From positions 81,070 to 145,069 of the IMG/VR virus record IMGVR_UViG_3300033153_008203: 64,000 nucleotides of DNA; one strand, written 5' to 3'. Made by a program: the position numbers and the translations under genes. Below are positions 57,046 through 64,000 of the stretch, one piece after another. The notes under the pieces are model-generated. The model was not told where the DNA came from, searched no databases, and saw nothing but the letters and a program-made list of their open reading frames with translations. Position 1 is the stretch's first letter; each line of letters opens with the position of its first letter. Origin of the DNA: a virus.

Positions 57046-57201
57046 ATGAGAGATATGAAGAATGATAGGCTTACATGGAAGGATAAGCATGAGGACATGG
57101 TGTCCTTGGTTAAGACAGTAGCTGATGCTCTAGTGCTAGGTGCACTGGGCATAGTGCTGTGTATACTGTTCTTTTCATTAACCCCATATGCAGGAGCGTG
57201 A
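57046..57201 (+). CDS. small membrane protein (51 aa)
   Basis: SD GAGGAG. TM helix ALVLGALGIVLCILFFSL. Below ORF-track cut-off. Confidence 0.55.
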   Translation: MRDMKNDRLTWKDKHEDMVSLVKTVADALVLGALGIVLCILFFSLTPYAGA

Positions 57202-57202
57202 T

Positions 57203-57334
57203 ATGAAATACCTTATGTATCCAGTAGACTTCATGATAGGCGCATTGGGCGCACTGTACATAGTAACTGATCTACTGTTTGAGTATGCAGTAGAGGCATT
57301 CGAACTTAAACTTAAGCAACTGCTAGGGAGGTAG
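57203..57334 (+). CDS. small membrane protein (43 aa)
   Basis: SD AGGAG. Hydrophobic FMIGALGALYIVTDLLF. Confidence 0.5.
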   Translation: MKYLMYPVDFMIGALGALYIVTDLLFEYAVEAFELKLKQLLGR

Positions 57335-57338
57335 AGTC

Positions 57339-57521
57339 ATGGTAGAAGTTAGTGTTATGGATAAAGAGTTCTTTTACTTCAACGATGTAGAGGAACTAAG
57401 GGCTGCTGAGTCATACCTCTTGGGTGTGCATGGCGGATACTTATATAAGGACATAAAGACTAAGGCTATAGATGCCTTGCCTGCTGGTAAAGAGGTAAAC
57501 AGGTGGGAAGATGTACTGTAA
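57339..57521 (+). CDS. hypothetical protein
   Basis: SD GGAGGT, 60 aa. Confidence 0.6.
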   Translation: MVEVSVMDKEFFYFNDVEELRAAESYLLGVHGGYLYKDIKTKAIDALPAGKEVNRWEDVL

Positions 57522-57957
57522 CGGCCTGCCTGAGCGTAATGTAGGGTTCTTGCCCTACGTGCATGAGATTCTCAGGATACTAGAGAGTGAGAGTTTGGCT
57601 ATTGAGCCGATTCAATTAAACCTTAAACTAGAGGAGAGCGTCATGTGTGAGAGATGTATGAAGACTAGAGAGGAGCAGATAGAGTGGGATAAGACACATA
57701 AACTAAACGGAGGTAGAGAGATGAAGACTAAAGAGAGTAATCCTGTACAAGGCGATCCTCAGTTGTTTGAGGAAATAGAGAAGCAAGATCCTCGTGAAGT
57801 CTACGAAGAACCACAAAGTAGAAGTTTGCTGCATCATAAGGCAGGTGTATGTCCACAGTGTGAGGCAGACATGTATGTTGTGTCTACTAGCAAAGCATTC
57901 GGTAAGTCTAATCAGGCTTGTGAGTGTGAGCATTGTGGTTATGTTGAGAATAGATAA
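57511..57957 (+). CDS. Zn-ribbon protein with nested in-frame starts (57511, 57643, 57721)
   Basis: CPQC...CEHC at the C-terminus. Internal ATGs preceded by GAGGAG and GGAGGT leaders. Confidence 0.55.
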   Translation: MYCNGLPERNVGFLPYVHEILRILESESLAIEPIQLNLKLEESVMCERCMKTREEQIEWDKTHKLNGGREMKTKESNPVQGDPQLFEEIEKQDPREVYEEPQSRSLLHHKAGVCPQCEADMYVVSTSKAFGKSNQACECEHCGYVENR

Positions 57958-58005
57958 AGGCAATTCCGCCGAAATAAACTTTAACTTTTAATAAGGAGAG
58001 AGATC

Positions 58006-58782
58006 ATGAAGAACAGAATAGAAGAGAAGGTAAGCGAGAACTATCTGCAGAGAACTACTGATGCAGATCCAAATATCAAGGTACGTCCAGATTGGATGTG
58101 TCGTAATGCTATCTTTGACTTGAGAGAGAAGGTTCTCTCAGGTGATCTCGATAGGACAGAGGATCTAGATGTGATCCAAGCTGTGTGCTTCAACATGAGT
58201 GACAAATATCTAGGGCCAGTACGTGGTCTAGGTGTAACCATTCATAAAGAAGAGGGAGTTGTGCTAGATCAGGCAACTCAATGGTCATTAGATCATCCTA
58301 CTAGGCTCACAGGTGAGTCCTTAGAGAGAGACTATCTCGATGGACCAGACTGCATGCTCCAGAACGATTATGGAGAGTCAGCTATGGAGAGAATGGTATG
58401 GGAAAGAGATATCCGTATCAGGAACTTCTTCAGAGTGTCAGGTACTATCAAGAAGGCATTGACGCATAAGAACAAGCTACTGATGGCTAAGGTAGCAGCA
58501 AGGTTCTGGAAGAGATGCTTCAATCAGGATGATAAGCTCTGGCTCACAGTAGAACAGAAGTCAGCTATAGTCTGGTTACTGGATAAGCACTATAAAGAGT
58601 ATCCTAAGGTAAAGAAGACGGCTTGGGGTCCAGTAGCAACAGATCTGAAGCATACTTTACTCGGACATCCTGATGATAGGAACAGAGCAGAGTGTGGTGT
58701 AGGTGATATCTATAGTGACAATGTAGAAGGTGGGATAAACCCAGAAACTCAGATGATACTAGCTGAGGAAATAGCTAACTAG
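58006..58782 (+). CDS. hypothetical protein (258 aa)
   Basis: SD AAGGAG, long ORF, no recognised motif. Confidence 0.7.
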   Translation: MKNRIEEKVSENYLQRTTDADPNIKVRPDWMCRNAIFDLREKVLSGDLDRTEDLDVIQAVCFNMSDKYLGPVRGLGVTIHKEEGVVLDQATQWSLDHPTRLTGESLERDYLDGPDCMLQNDYGESAMERMVWERDIRIRNFFRVSGTIKKALTHKNKLLMAKVAARFWKRCFNQDDKLWLTVEQKSAIVWLLDKHYKEYPKVKKTAWGPVATDLKHTLLGHPDDRNRAECGVGDIYSDNVEGGINPETQMILAEEIAN

Positions 58783-58790
58783 AGTATAAC

Positions 58791-58812
58791 GGGGAGTCAG
58801 CAATGGCTCCCC
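58791..58812 (+). terminator. GNRA-capped hairpin (terminator or processing site)
   Basis: GGGGAGTCA-GCAA-TGGCTCCCC with a weak U tract. Confidence 0.6.
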
Positions 58813-58831
58813 ATAATTTAAGGAGGAGAGA

Positions 58832-59065
58832 ATGGCTATTGTATGTAGAGAGTGTGGAGAAGAGATTAGTGCTCCAGGTGGAGATGTGTGTGGCAACTGT
58901 AGTGACGTAGTAATATATGTATGGCCAGATGGTTTATGGGTTGAAGCATATGAGTACTGCGAAACAGCTGATGCTTGGAGAGGTGATGATTTCCAACAGA
59001 TAACAGTACCATTACGTGATGCAGAAGATATAGATGTTTACGTAGATGAATTAATGAATAAGTGA
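58832..59065 (+). CDS. acidic protein with N-terminal Zn finger
   Basis: CREC...CGNC, SD AAGGAGG. Confidence 0.65.
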   Translation: MAIVCRECGEEISAPGGDVCGNCSDVVIYVWPDGLWVEAYEYCETADAWRGDDFQQITVPLRDAEDIDVYVDELMNK

Positions 59066-59070
59066 TTCAC

Positions 59071-59100
59071 CCTGTCTATCAGTGAGAGCTGGTAGATGGG
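59071..59100 (+). terminator. RNA hairpin with G-U pairs after the first plus-strand block
   Basis: CCTGTCTATCAG-TGAGAG-CTGGTAGATGGG followed by CTTGCTTT. Confidence 0.55.
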
Positions 59101-59315
59101 CTTGCTTTACTTACTAGTGCCTTAAGACATCCGTGCTCTACATATTAAGGGGCCGTGTTATTCGCTCGCTTCGCTCGCTAAAGAATGTTGTTCTCTTTGT
59201 TCACTACTATTATATAAAACAAATCAAAATCAATAGCGCAAATCATATGTGATTCACTACGTTTCATCACTGTGTGTATAGCCGGGTACTATTTTAAGCG
59301 TTGCCTTAATAGATA

Positions 59316-59914
59316 CGTGAGTACTATTTTTTCTCTCTTATATTAAATTTACTTTAACTCTATTTGGGAGAGATACAATGAACATACTAATATACACAGA
59401 CGGAGCATGCTCTGGTAATCACAGTAAGGATATCGAAGGCTCAGGTGGTATAGGCATCGTAATGGCATGCTACAATGATAATGGAACATTACGCAAAGAG
59501 CGTCACATCTCAAAGTATGTTCCTAACGCTACAAACAACATAACAGAGCTACAGGCTGCTATTGAAGCAATCAAGGCTGTTGCTACTGGCACACCTATAA
59601 CTGTTCATTCTGATTCGCAATATGTAGTAAAGGGAATCACCGAATGGATATCCAACTGGAAGAAGAAAGGTTGGAAAGGCTCTAACAGGAAGCCTGTTGC
59701 TAATAGAGAGCTATGGCAGGAACTTGATGAGTTAAACCATGATAAGATCACATGGGTTTGGCTTAAGGGCCACGATGGTCATCCCGAGCAAGAGATGGCT
59801 GATACTCTTGCTGTAGAGGCTGCTACTTCAGGAAAAGACAGTGATACAACAATAGCGTGAGTATTATTTTTTCTCTTATTTGAAATTTTTAATTTAATTT
59901 ATTTAATTTGGGAG
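59316..59914 (+). repeat. imperfect direct repeats of a leader flanking the RNase H gene (59316-59370 and 59856-59914)
   Basis: CGTGAGTA(C/T)TATTTTTTCTCT...AT-rich...TTTGGGAG precedes both ATG 59378 and ATG 59918. Confidence 0.7.
59378..59860 (+). CDS. rnhA: ribonuclease HI
   Basis: YTDGACSGN, TNNITELQA, HSDSQYV, W...GWK....PVAN.ELW and WLKGH.GH...E.AD.LA. Confidence 0.96.
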   Translation: MNILIYTDGACSGNHSKDIEGSGGIGIVMACYNDNGTLRKERHISKYVPNATNNITELQAAIEAIKAVATGTPITVHSDSQYVVKGITEWISNWKKKGWKGSNRKPVANRELWQELDELNHDKITWVWLKGHDGHPEQEMADTLAVEAATSGKDSDTTIA

Positions 59915-59917
59915 TAC

Positions 59918-60094
59918 ATGATGAGCGAAGAGACAAAGACAAAAGAAGAACAGAAGAAAGCCAACATCAAGAAGGTTGCATACGGTGTTGGTATGATGGG
60001 CGTGGCCGTTGTGGGTATATACACATTGGGCTTGATACCAGGGCTCATAGCAGGCATTGGAGCACACAAGGCAACTAAAACCGGCGACATTTAA
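59918..60094 (+). CDS. small glycine-zipper membrane protein (58 aa)
   Basis: SD GGGAG. VAYGVGMMGVAVVGIYTLGLIPGLIAGIGA. Below ORF-track cut-off. Confidence 0.6.
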   Translation: MMSEETKTKEEQKKANIKKVAYGVGMMGVAVVGIYTLGLIPGLIAGIGAHKATKTGDI

Positions 60095-60119
60095 TTTAAT
60101 TATACAATAGGAGAGAGCT

Positions 60120-60317
60120 ATGTTTGGAATTGATTTGATGTTGGTTGGGTTTTTCGTAACTATTGGCGGTAAAGGTGCTATCGATACATATGATGGCGGC
60201 AAGCAGCTTATCAAGGGCATCACTCAGAGTGAGAAGGCTCATGACATGATGGACAAGGTACACAAAACGGTAGACAACACGCTCGATAGACATAAAGACG
60301 AGCACAAAGATAAATAA
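60120..60317 (+). CDS. small membrane-anchored protein
   Basis: SD AGGAG and a hydrophobic N-terminus. Confidence 0.6.
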   Translation: MFGIDLMLVGFFVTIGGKGAIDTYDGGKQLIKGITQSEKAHDMMDKVHKTVDNTLDRHKDEHKDK

Positions 60318-60326
60318 GCCTCCTCT

Positions 60327-60359
60327 GCTCCGACTCTGAAAAGGGTTGGAGCTTTTTTT
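60327..60359 (+). terminator. intrinsic terminator
   Basis: GCTCCGACTCT-GAAA-AGGGTTGGAGC followed by T7. Confidence 0.9.
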
Positions 60360-60409
60360 AATTCAGGGTTATACGTTTGGCATATCTCGTGATTCACAAG
60401 GAGGATATC

Positions 60410-60622
60410 ATGGGCATTAAAGTAGTAGCAATATCTGGTGATGATGATACTTCCATAAGTATGCAGATCAGCGATGAGACAATCATACTCGGTGAGAAGC
60501 CCACTGATGTAGGAACAGTAGAAATCGGCTATGTAGATATAACATGTAGTGAAGCAAGGAAGCTTGGACAGGAACTCATAGAACTATCTAATAAGATGAG
60601 CTGGCCAAATACTCTCGGTTAA
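60410..60622 (+). CDS. hypothetical protein
   Basis: Start moved to the ATG at 60410 after GGAGG. Confidence 0.55.
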   Translation: MGIKVVAISGDDDTSISMQISDETIILGEKPTDVGTVEIGYVDITCSEARKLGQELIELSNKMSWPNTLG

Positions 60623-60641
60623 TCATACGTGATTCACATAT

Positions 60642-60729
60642 GCAGAGGTGGTGAAACTGGTAAACACGCTGGCCTTGGCAGTGGTAAGCTCGCTACTTAC
60701 TTTTGCAGGTTCGACTCCTGCCCTTTGCA
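60642..60729 (+). tRNA. class II (Leu-type) tRNA-like element with collapsed anticodon arm
   Basis: Acceptor GCAGAGG/CCTTTGC with discriminator A. D arm GTG-AAACTGGTAAA-CAC, T arm GCAGG-TTCGACT-CCTGC, long variable arm GTAAG/CTTAC. The anticodon arm is only CTGGCCTTGGCAG (13 nt rather than 17). No encoded CCA. Confidence 0.7.
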
Positions 60730-60851
60730 ACGTTAATCATACGTGACTATACAGCCGTTAAACTCTGAAACCTAGCTCCTAGTATTCATGTGATATTTAA
60801 AGCCCCTGAGTGGAGTATACGAGCCTTAGAGGATACAATTAGAAGGAGAAG

Positions 60852-61037
60852 ATGATGCAAATATTCGATATAATATTCTTATCATGTATGTGCTTTGCAA
60901 GTGGGATAGCTCTTGGTATTCAAATAGGTGTCTCGCTTCATAAGGATGCGGCTATTAAATCAGGTCATAGTAGATACAATGAGATGACTGGTATATTTGA
61001 GTGGAAAGAGATAGATAAAAAAGAAGATAAAGGATGA
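60852..61037 (+). CDS. small membrane protein
   Basis: SD AAGGAG and an N-terminal TM helix. Confidence 0.6.
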   Translation: MMQIFDIIFLSCMCFASGIALGIQIGVSLHKDAAIKSGHSRYNEMTGIFEWKEIDKKEDKG

Positions 61038-61053
61038 TTACTCGGAGGATATC

Positions 61054-61164
61054 ATGCAAGAAGCGTTACTGACGATAATGGTAGCAATGTCAACAATAGC
61101 TATAAGCACTCCTATGTGGTTCATAGTAAGAGAACTACGAAAAATAAAAGAAAAAATAAGGTAA
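61054..61164 (+). CDS. very small membrane peptide (36 aa)
   Basis: SD GGAGG. TM helix followed by a basic tail. Confidence 0.45.
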   Translation: MQEALLTIMVAMSTIAISTPMWFIVRELRKIKEKIR

Positions 61165-61349
61165 AAGTGATTAACCTCAGAGATTGGCTCTTATATACCG
61201 GTTTTATCATATAATTGTCGAAGGGGAGCCTATCTGTGTACAGGAAATTTCTATATATCCAGCTGTAAGCTATATGTATTCTCTATTATATAGTGAAGCT
61301 CTGGCGTAACACTCTGTTACTCTAACGCTAATCATTTAGGAGAACTATC

Positions 61350-61562
61350 ATGTATAAGAATACTGTTGAGTACCATAATACAGATAGAAGCGGAACAATC
61401 ATGACTATAAATGGTAACTTAGTTAATCATTTACCAGTGAATAATTCGCTCTTTACAGTAAATGGTAAAAACTATACTGTTGATAATATTGTACATGATT
61501 ATACCTATGTTGATGGAGAACTTATTAGTATACATATATGGGTATATTGTACTGCACATTAA
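61350..61562 (+). CDS. hypothetical protein
   Basis: SD AGGAG, 70 aa, beta-rich. Confidence 0.6.
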   Translation: MYKNTVEYHNTDRSGTIMTINGNLVNHLPVNNSLFTVNGKNYTVDNIVHDYTYVDGELISIHIWVYCTAH

Positions 61563-61724
61563 TACTCTGACGTTAATCATGAGAACTTGTTCGAATGTTG
61601 GATGAGTTATAGTTACATTAATCATTTAATTGGAAAGTAAGATGAAAGATACTTGGAAACTATTTATATTATCAATCATGTTGTTTGTATGTTACTGCTT
61701 ACTGGAAGTAAAGGGGTGTATATA

Positions 61725-61904
61725 ATGCCACAGATACATAGGTCTCAACTTAGTAGATGGTATGCTAAAAGAGATAGAAAGAATCTATCAGTTGCTGATA
61801 AGAGACTGATGGATAGAACTGTTATAGTTATGTACATATGCATGGGTATAATTATAGGAGTTGTTATCTATGCTATATGTAGTATATATGCTATTACATG
61901 GTAA
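61725..61904 (+). CDS. small membrane protein
   Basis: Start moved to 61725 (SD AAGGGG). C-terminal TM helix. Confidence 0.5.
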   Translation: MPQIHRSQLSRWYAKRDRKNLSVADKRLMDRTVIVMYICMGIIIGVVIYAICSIYAITW

Positions 61905-61954
61905 GCTATGATTTAAAAGATGCCCGGCAAAAATAAAGAACTCTGAGGTGTATC

Positions 61955-62203
61955 ATGTTAGAAGAACAACAAATAGTAATGGATGCTTTACTTAAACAGA
62001 ACAGTCCAGAGGCTATCATGAGAAGGATAAGATTCAATGAACCACTGTTAAAAGAAGATGGTTCTCTTCATCAGGTTATGTTGAAAATTGCAGGTAAACC
62101 TTATAGGTGTCACTGTGGTTGTAATGTATTTCACCATCCAGACAAAGAAAACTTAAGCCTCTATGAATGTAATAGCTGTAAAGCAGTATTTAGCTCTGAG
62201 TGA
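61955..62203 (+). CDS. Zn-ribbon protein
   Basis: CHCGCNVFH...YECNSC, SD GAGGTG. Confidence 0.65.
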   Translation: MLEEQQIVMDALLKQNSPEAIMRRIRFNEPLLKEDGSLHQVMLKIAGKPYRCHCGCNVFHHPDKENLSLYECNSCKAVFSSE

Positions 62204-62342
62204 AACTCTGTCGTTAATCATTCTATTAGTTGCTGAGTAATAGTGATTAGTATTATATATTATCTTATACGTAATATAAGACTTAAAAATAAGCTTAAAA
62301 GGCTTATGATTTAAAAATGCCCGCCAAATAAAGAGGAATACT

Positions 62343-62543
62343 ATGAAACCACAATATATTGACGATGTTACTGCTGAAGATACACTATCTCTCATGTGTT
62401 CCCAATCTGATTGTAATGGATACACGAAGCTATATGACCAGGAAGCGTTCAATGCTTCTGACAATATGGTTGTAATACCTATGAAATGTGTTAAATGTGG
62501 ACATGAAGTCTGTATTAACATCGATGTAGTCGTGCCTAAGTAA
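62343..62543 (+). CDS. Zn-ribbon protein
   Basis: C....C...CVKCG, SD GAGG. Confidence 0.6.
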   Translation: MKPQYIDDVTAEDTLSLMCSQSDCNGYTKLYDQEAFNASDNMVVIPMKCVKCGHEVCINIDVVVPK

Positions 62544-62554
62544 TACTCTTTCTG

Positions 62555-62583
62555 TTGACATAATAGAAGAGATATAATAAATT
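62555..62583 (+). promoter_or_regulatory. possible sigma70 promoter
   Basis: TTGACA-N17-TAAATT upstream of ATG 62616. Confidence 0.45.
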
Positions 62584-62615
62584 AAAAGTTTCCGGCCAAT
62601 CACAAGGAGTCAATC

Positions 62616-62759
62616 ATGGTACTACAGATAGGAGGATTTATAACAACGTTATCTCAAACACAGGTGATTATTATATGTATAGCTAGTGCACTTATTGTAC
62701 ACTTTTTAGATATCTTCTTGATAAATAAACATAAAAGAATTATAAGGGAAAACAAATGA
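62616..62759 (+). CDS. small membrane protein (47 aa)
   Basis: SD AAGGAG. TM helix VIIICIASALIVHFLDIFLI. Confidence 0.5.
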   Translation: MVLQIGGFITTLSQTQVIIICIASALIVHFLDIFLINKHKRIIRENK

Positions 62760-63256
62760 AAAGATTTATGGAGTTTAGCTTACTACAAGGCATATTTATA
62801 TGGATTGCTTCTAAAATCAGAAAAATAAAAAAGAAACTCAGAGGTTAATCATAGTATTTAAAATAGGAAACACTAGAACTAATAAACATCATGAAACAAT
62901 AGTCACAGAACATGATACCAAAGAATAGCTTACGCTAACATGTGATCATATTGGTAAGCCATATATAGATCAATATGGAAGATCTTGGACAGTAACAAAA
63001 AACCATACACTTGAGCTTGTAACATCTTAATAATCATATTTAACCCCAGCGTTAATTATTTGTTATAGTTTTATAGATAGTGCTCATGTATTCTATTAGA
63101 TGCTAAGTAGTATAGAGATGTTTATATGTTCTCTCTTTATAAAAGTCTTAGTAGTGATAAGTCCAAGATGTCTTGTTGGAGTAATGTATGGAGGAGGAAT
63201 CGAACTCCATTAAAGCTATGATTTAAAAGATATCCCACCGGGATAAGGAGAATACT

Positions 63257-63454
63257 ATGCATTGCAGAGAAATGGAGAGACTCACATTCTTAGAAAAAAG
63301 AGATGGTAAAGAAGGTACTATAGCATTTGCTAAGCAAGGGATAATCTCATATAGACGATCTGTACTTAAATCAAGAACGTTGTATAGAGACAAGATGATA
63401 GAAAGCTATTTATGCTTTAAGAAGTATTTGTCCTATCAGTCTATAAGGAGCTGA
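63257..63454 (+). CDS. hypothetical basic protein
   Basis: SD AAGGAG, 65 aa. Confidence 0.6.
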   Translation: MHCREMERLTFLEKRDGKEGTIAFAKQGIISYRRSVLKSRTLYRDKMIESYLCFKKYLSYQSIRS

Positions 63455-63457
63455 ATT

Positions 63458-63691
63458 ATGAAAGAGATACATATAAAAGTAACTACCGCTGGTGGCAAAG
63501 TAATAGACTCTAAATCCCAAGCACATAATGCTAAGGTTCAAAAAAGCTTTGAAGAGCTTGTTGAATCAATTCCTAATATGAATTATCTGACTCTTGTTAC
63601 AGATACTGATAAGGCATACATATATGAAGAAACTCTTGCTAATAGTGTAATTGAGCTAGTTATATTTGATCCAGAAGAGGATAGGTGTTAA
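63458..63691 (+). CDS. hypothetical protein
   Basis: SD AAGGAG, 77 aa. Confidence 0.6.
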   Translation: MKEIHIKVTTAGGKVIDSKSQAHNAKVQKSFEELVESIPNMNYLTLVTDTDKAYIYEETLANSVIELVIFDPEEDRC

Positions 63692-63771
63692 AGGTATCCC
63701 GCCAATTTACATGGGTATTATTCTCTCTCTATTGTAATTAAATTTATTTTTATTATAAGAGAGGTGTAGCC

Positions 63772-64000
63772 ATGGTACGATTCATAGAAGAAGCACTCAG
63801 AAGCTATCAAACTTCAGGTGTGTGCATAGTAAATAATCCCAAAGAAAGCAATCTAAGAATCGAGACCATGAATGGTGAGATATTCATTCAGGTAAATAAA
63901 AGCGTGAACATAGGCGAGGTACTCGAACTATGCAGCGTTGATGTAGACTCAGCTGCTCATGAAATGGCTGAGATAGTTGCCAAGAAGATGTGTAACTTAA
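63772..64000 (+). CDS. hypothetical protein, truncated by the window end
   Basis: SD GAGGTG and an open frame MVRFIEEALR... to the window edge. Confidence 0.55.
   Translation, partial: MVRFIEEALRSYQTSGVCIVNNPKESNLRIETMNGEIFIQVNKSVNIGEVLELCSVDVDSAAHEMAEIVAKKMCNL

Noticed and set aside
60684-60700. Reading the stem-loop GTAAG-CTCGCTA-CTTAC as the anticodon arm (anticodon CGC)
   Set aside because: It occupies the variable-arm position next to the T arm and has a pyrimidine at the position-37 equivalent.
56729-62521. Minus-strand ORFs in the plus-strand block (56729, 57703, 58041, 59899, 59903, 60096, 61431, 62153)
   Set aside because: They are antisense to genes with strong SD sequences and have no leaders of their own.
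62555-62578. TTGACA paired with TATAAT at 62573
   Set aside because: The spacer is only 12 bp. Only the weaker TAAATT at 17 bp spacing is plausible, and it is listed at low confidence.
60611-63250. Repeated motifs considered as a CRISPR array
   Set aside because: Spacing is irregular (about 100-700 bp), the copies are degenerate and the intervening DNA encodes genes.

Overview
This 64-kb window is part of a large, AT-rich contractile-tailed (myovirus-type) phage genome using the standard genetic code. Bases 1-44,500 (minus strand) hold an almost complete virion morphogenesis operon. In transcription order it encodes a putative small terminase, a cluster of Gly/Ala-rich membrane-type proteins with a membrane-anchored PD-(D/E)XK nuclease, a large terminase with an intein, portal, prohead protease/scaffold, decoration protein, major capsid, neck, sheath, three tube-fold proteins, two chaperones, three giant proteins and baseplate genes. 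The giant proteins are a 1789-aa intein-containing tape-measure/ejection-type protein, a ~1477-aa protein carrying both catalytic barrels of a single-chain RNA polymerase, and a 1704-aa hub with an altered M15 peptidase domain. Bases 44,600-56,300 (minus) are an accessory region driven by near-consensus sigma70 promoters. It encodes ThyX, MazG, a stand-alone receiver domain, two broken HNH genes, many small Zn-finger proteins and a ~450-nt ORF-less transcript. After a strand switch near 56,400, the plus strand carries small genes, RNase HI, a tRNA-like element with a collapsed anticodon arm and several repeated intergenic motifs. The most striking observation is that the accessory region encodes miniature, apparently disabled copies of the phage's own tail-tube protein (three) and terminase ATPase (two). 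These are candidate decoys against host sensors of phage structural proteins, or inhibitors of competing phage assembly. All assignments come from motif reading and by-eye alignment; no database search was run.
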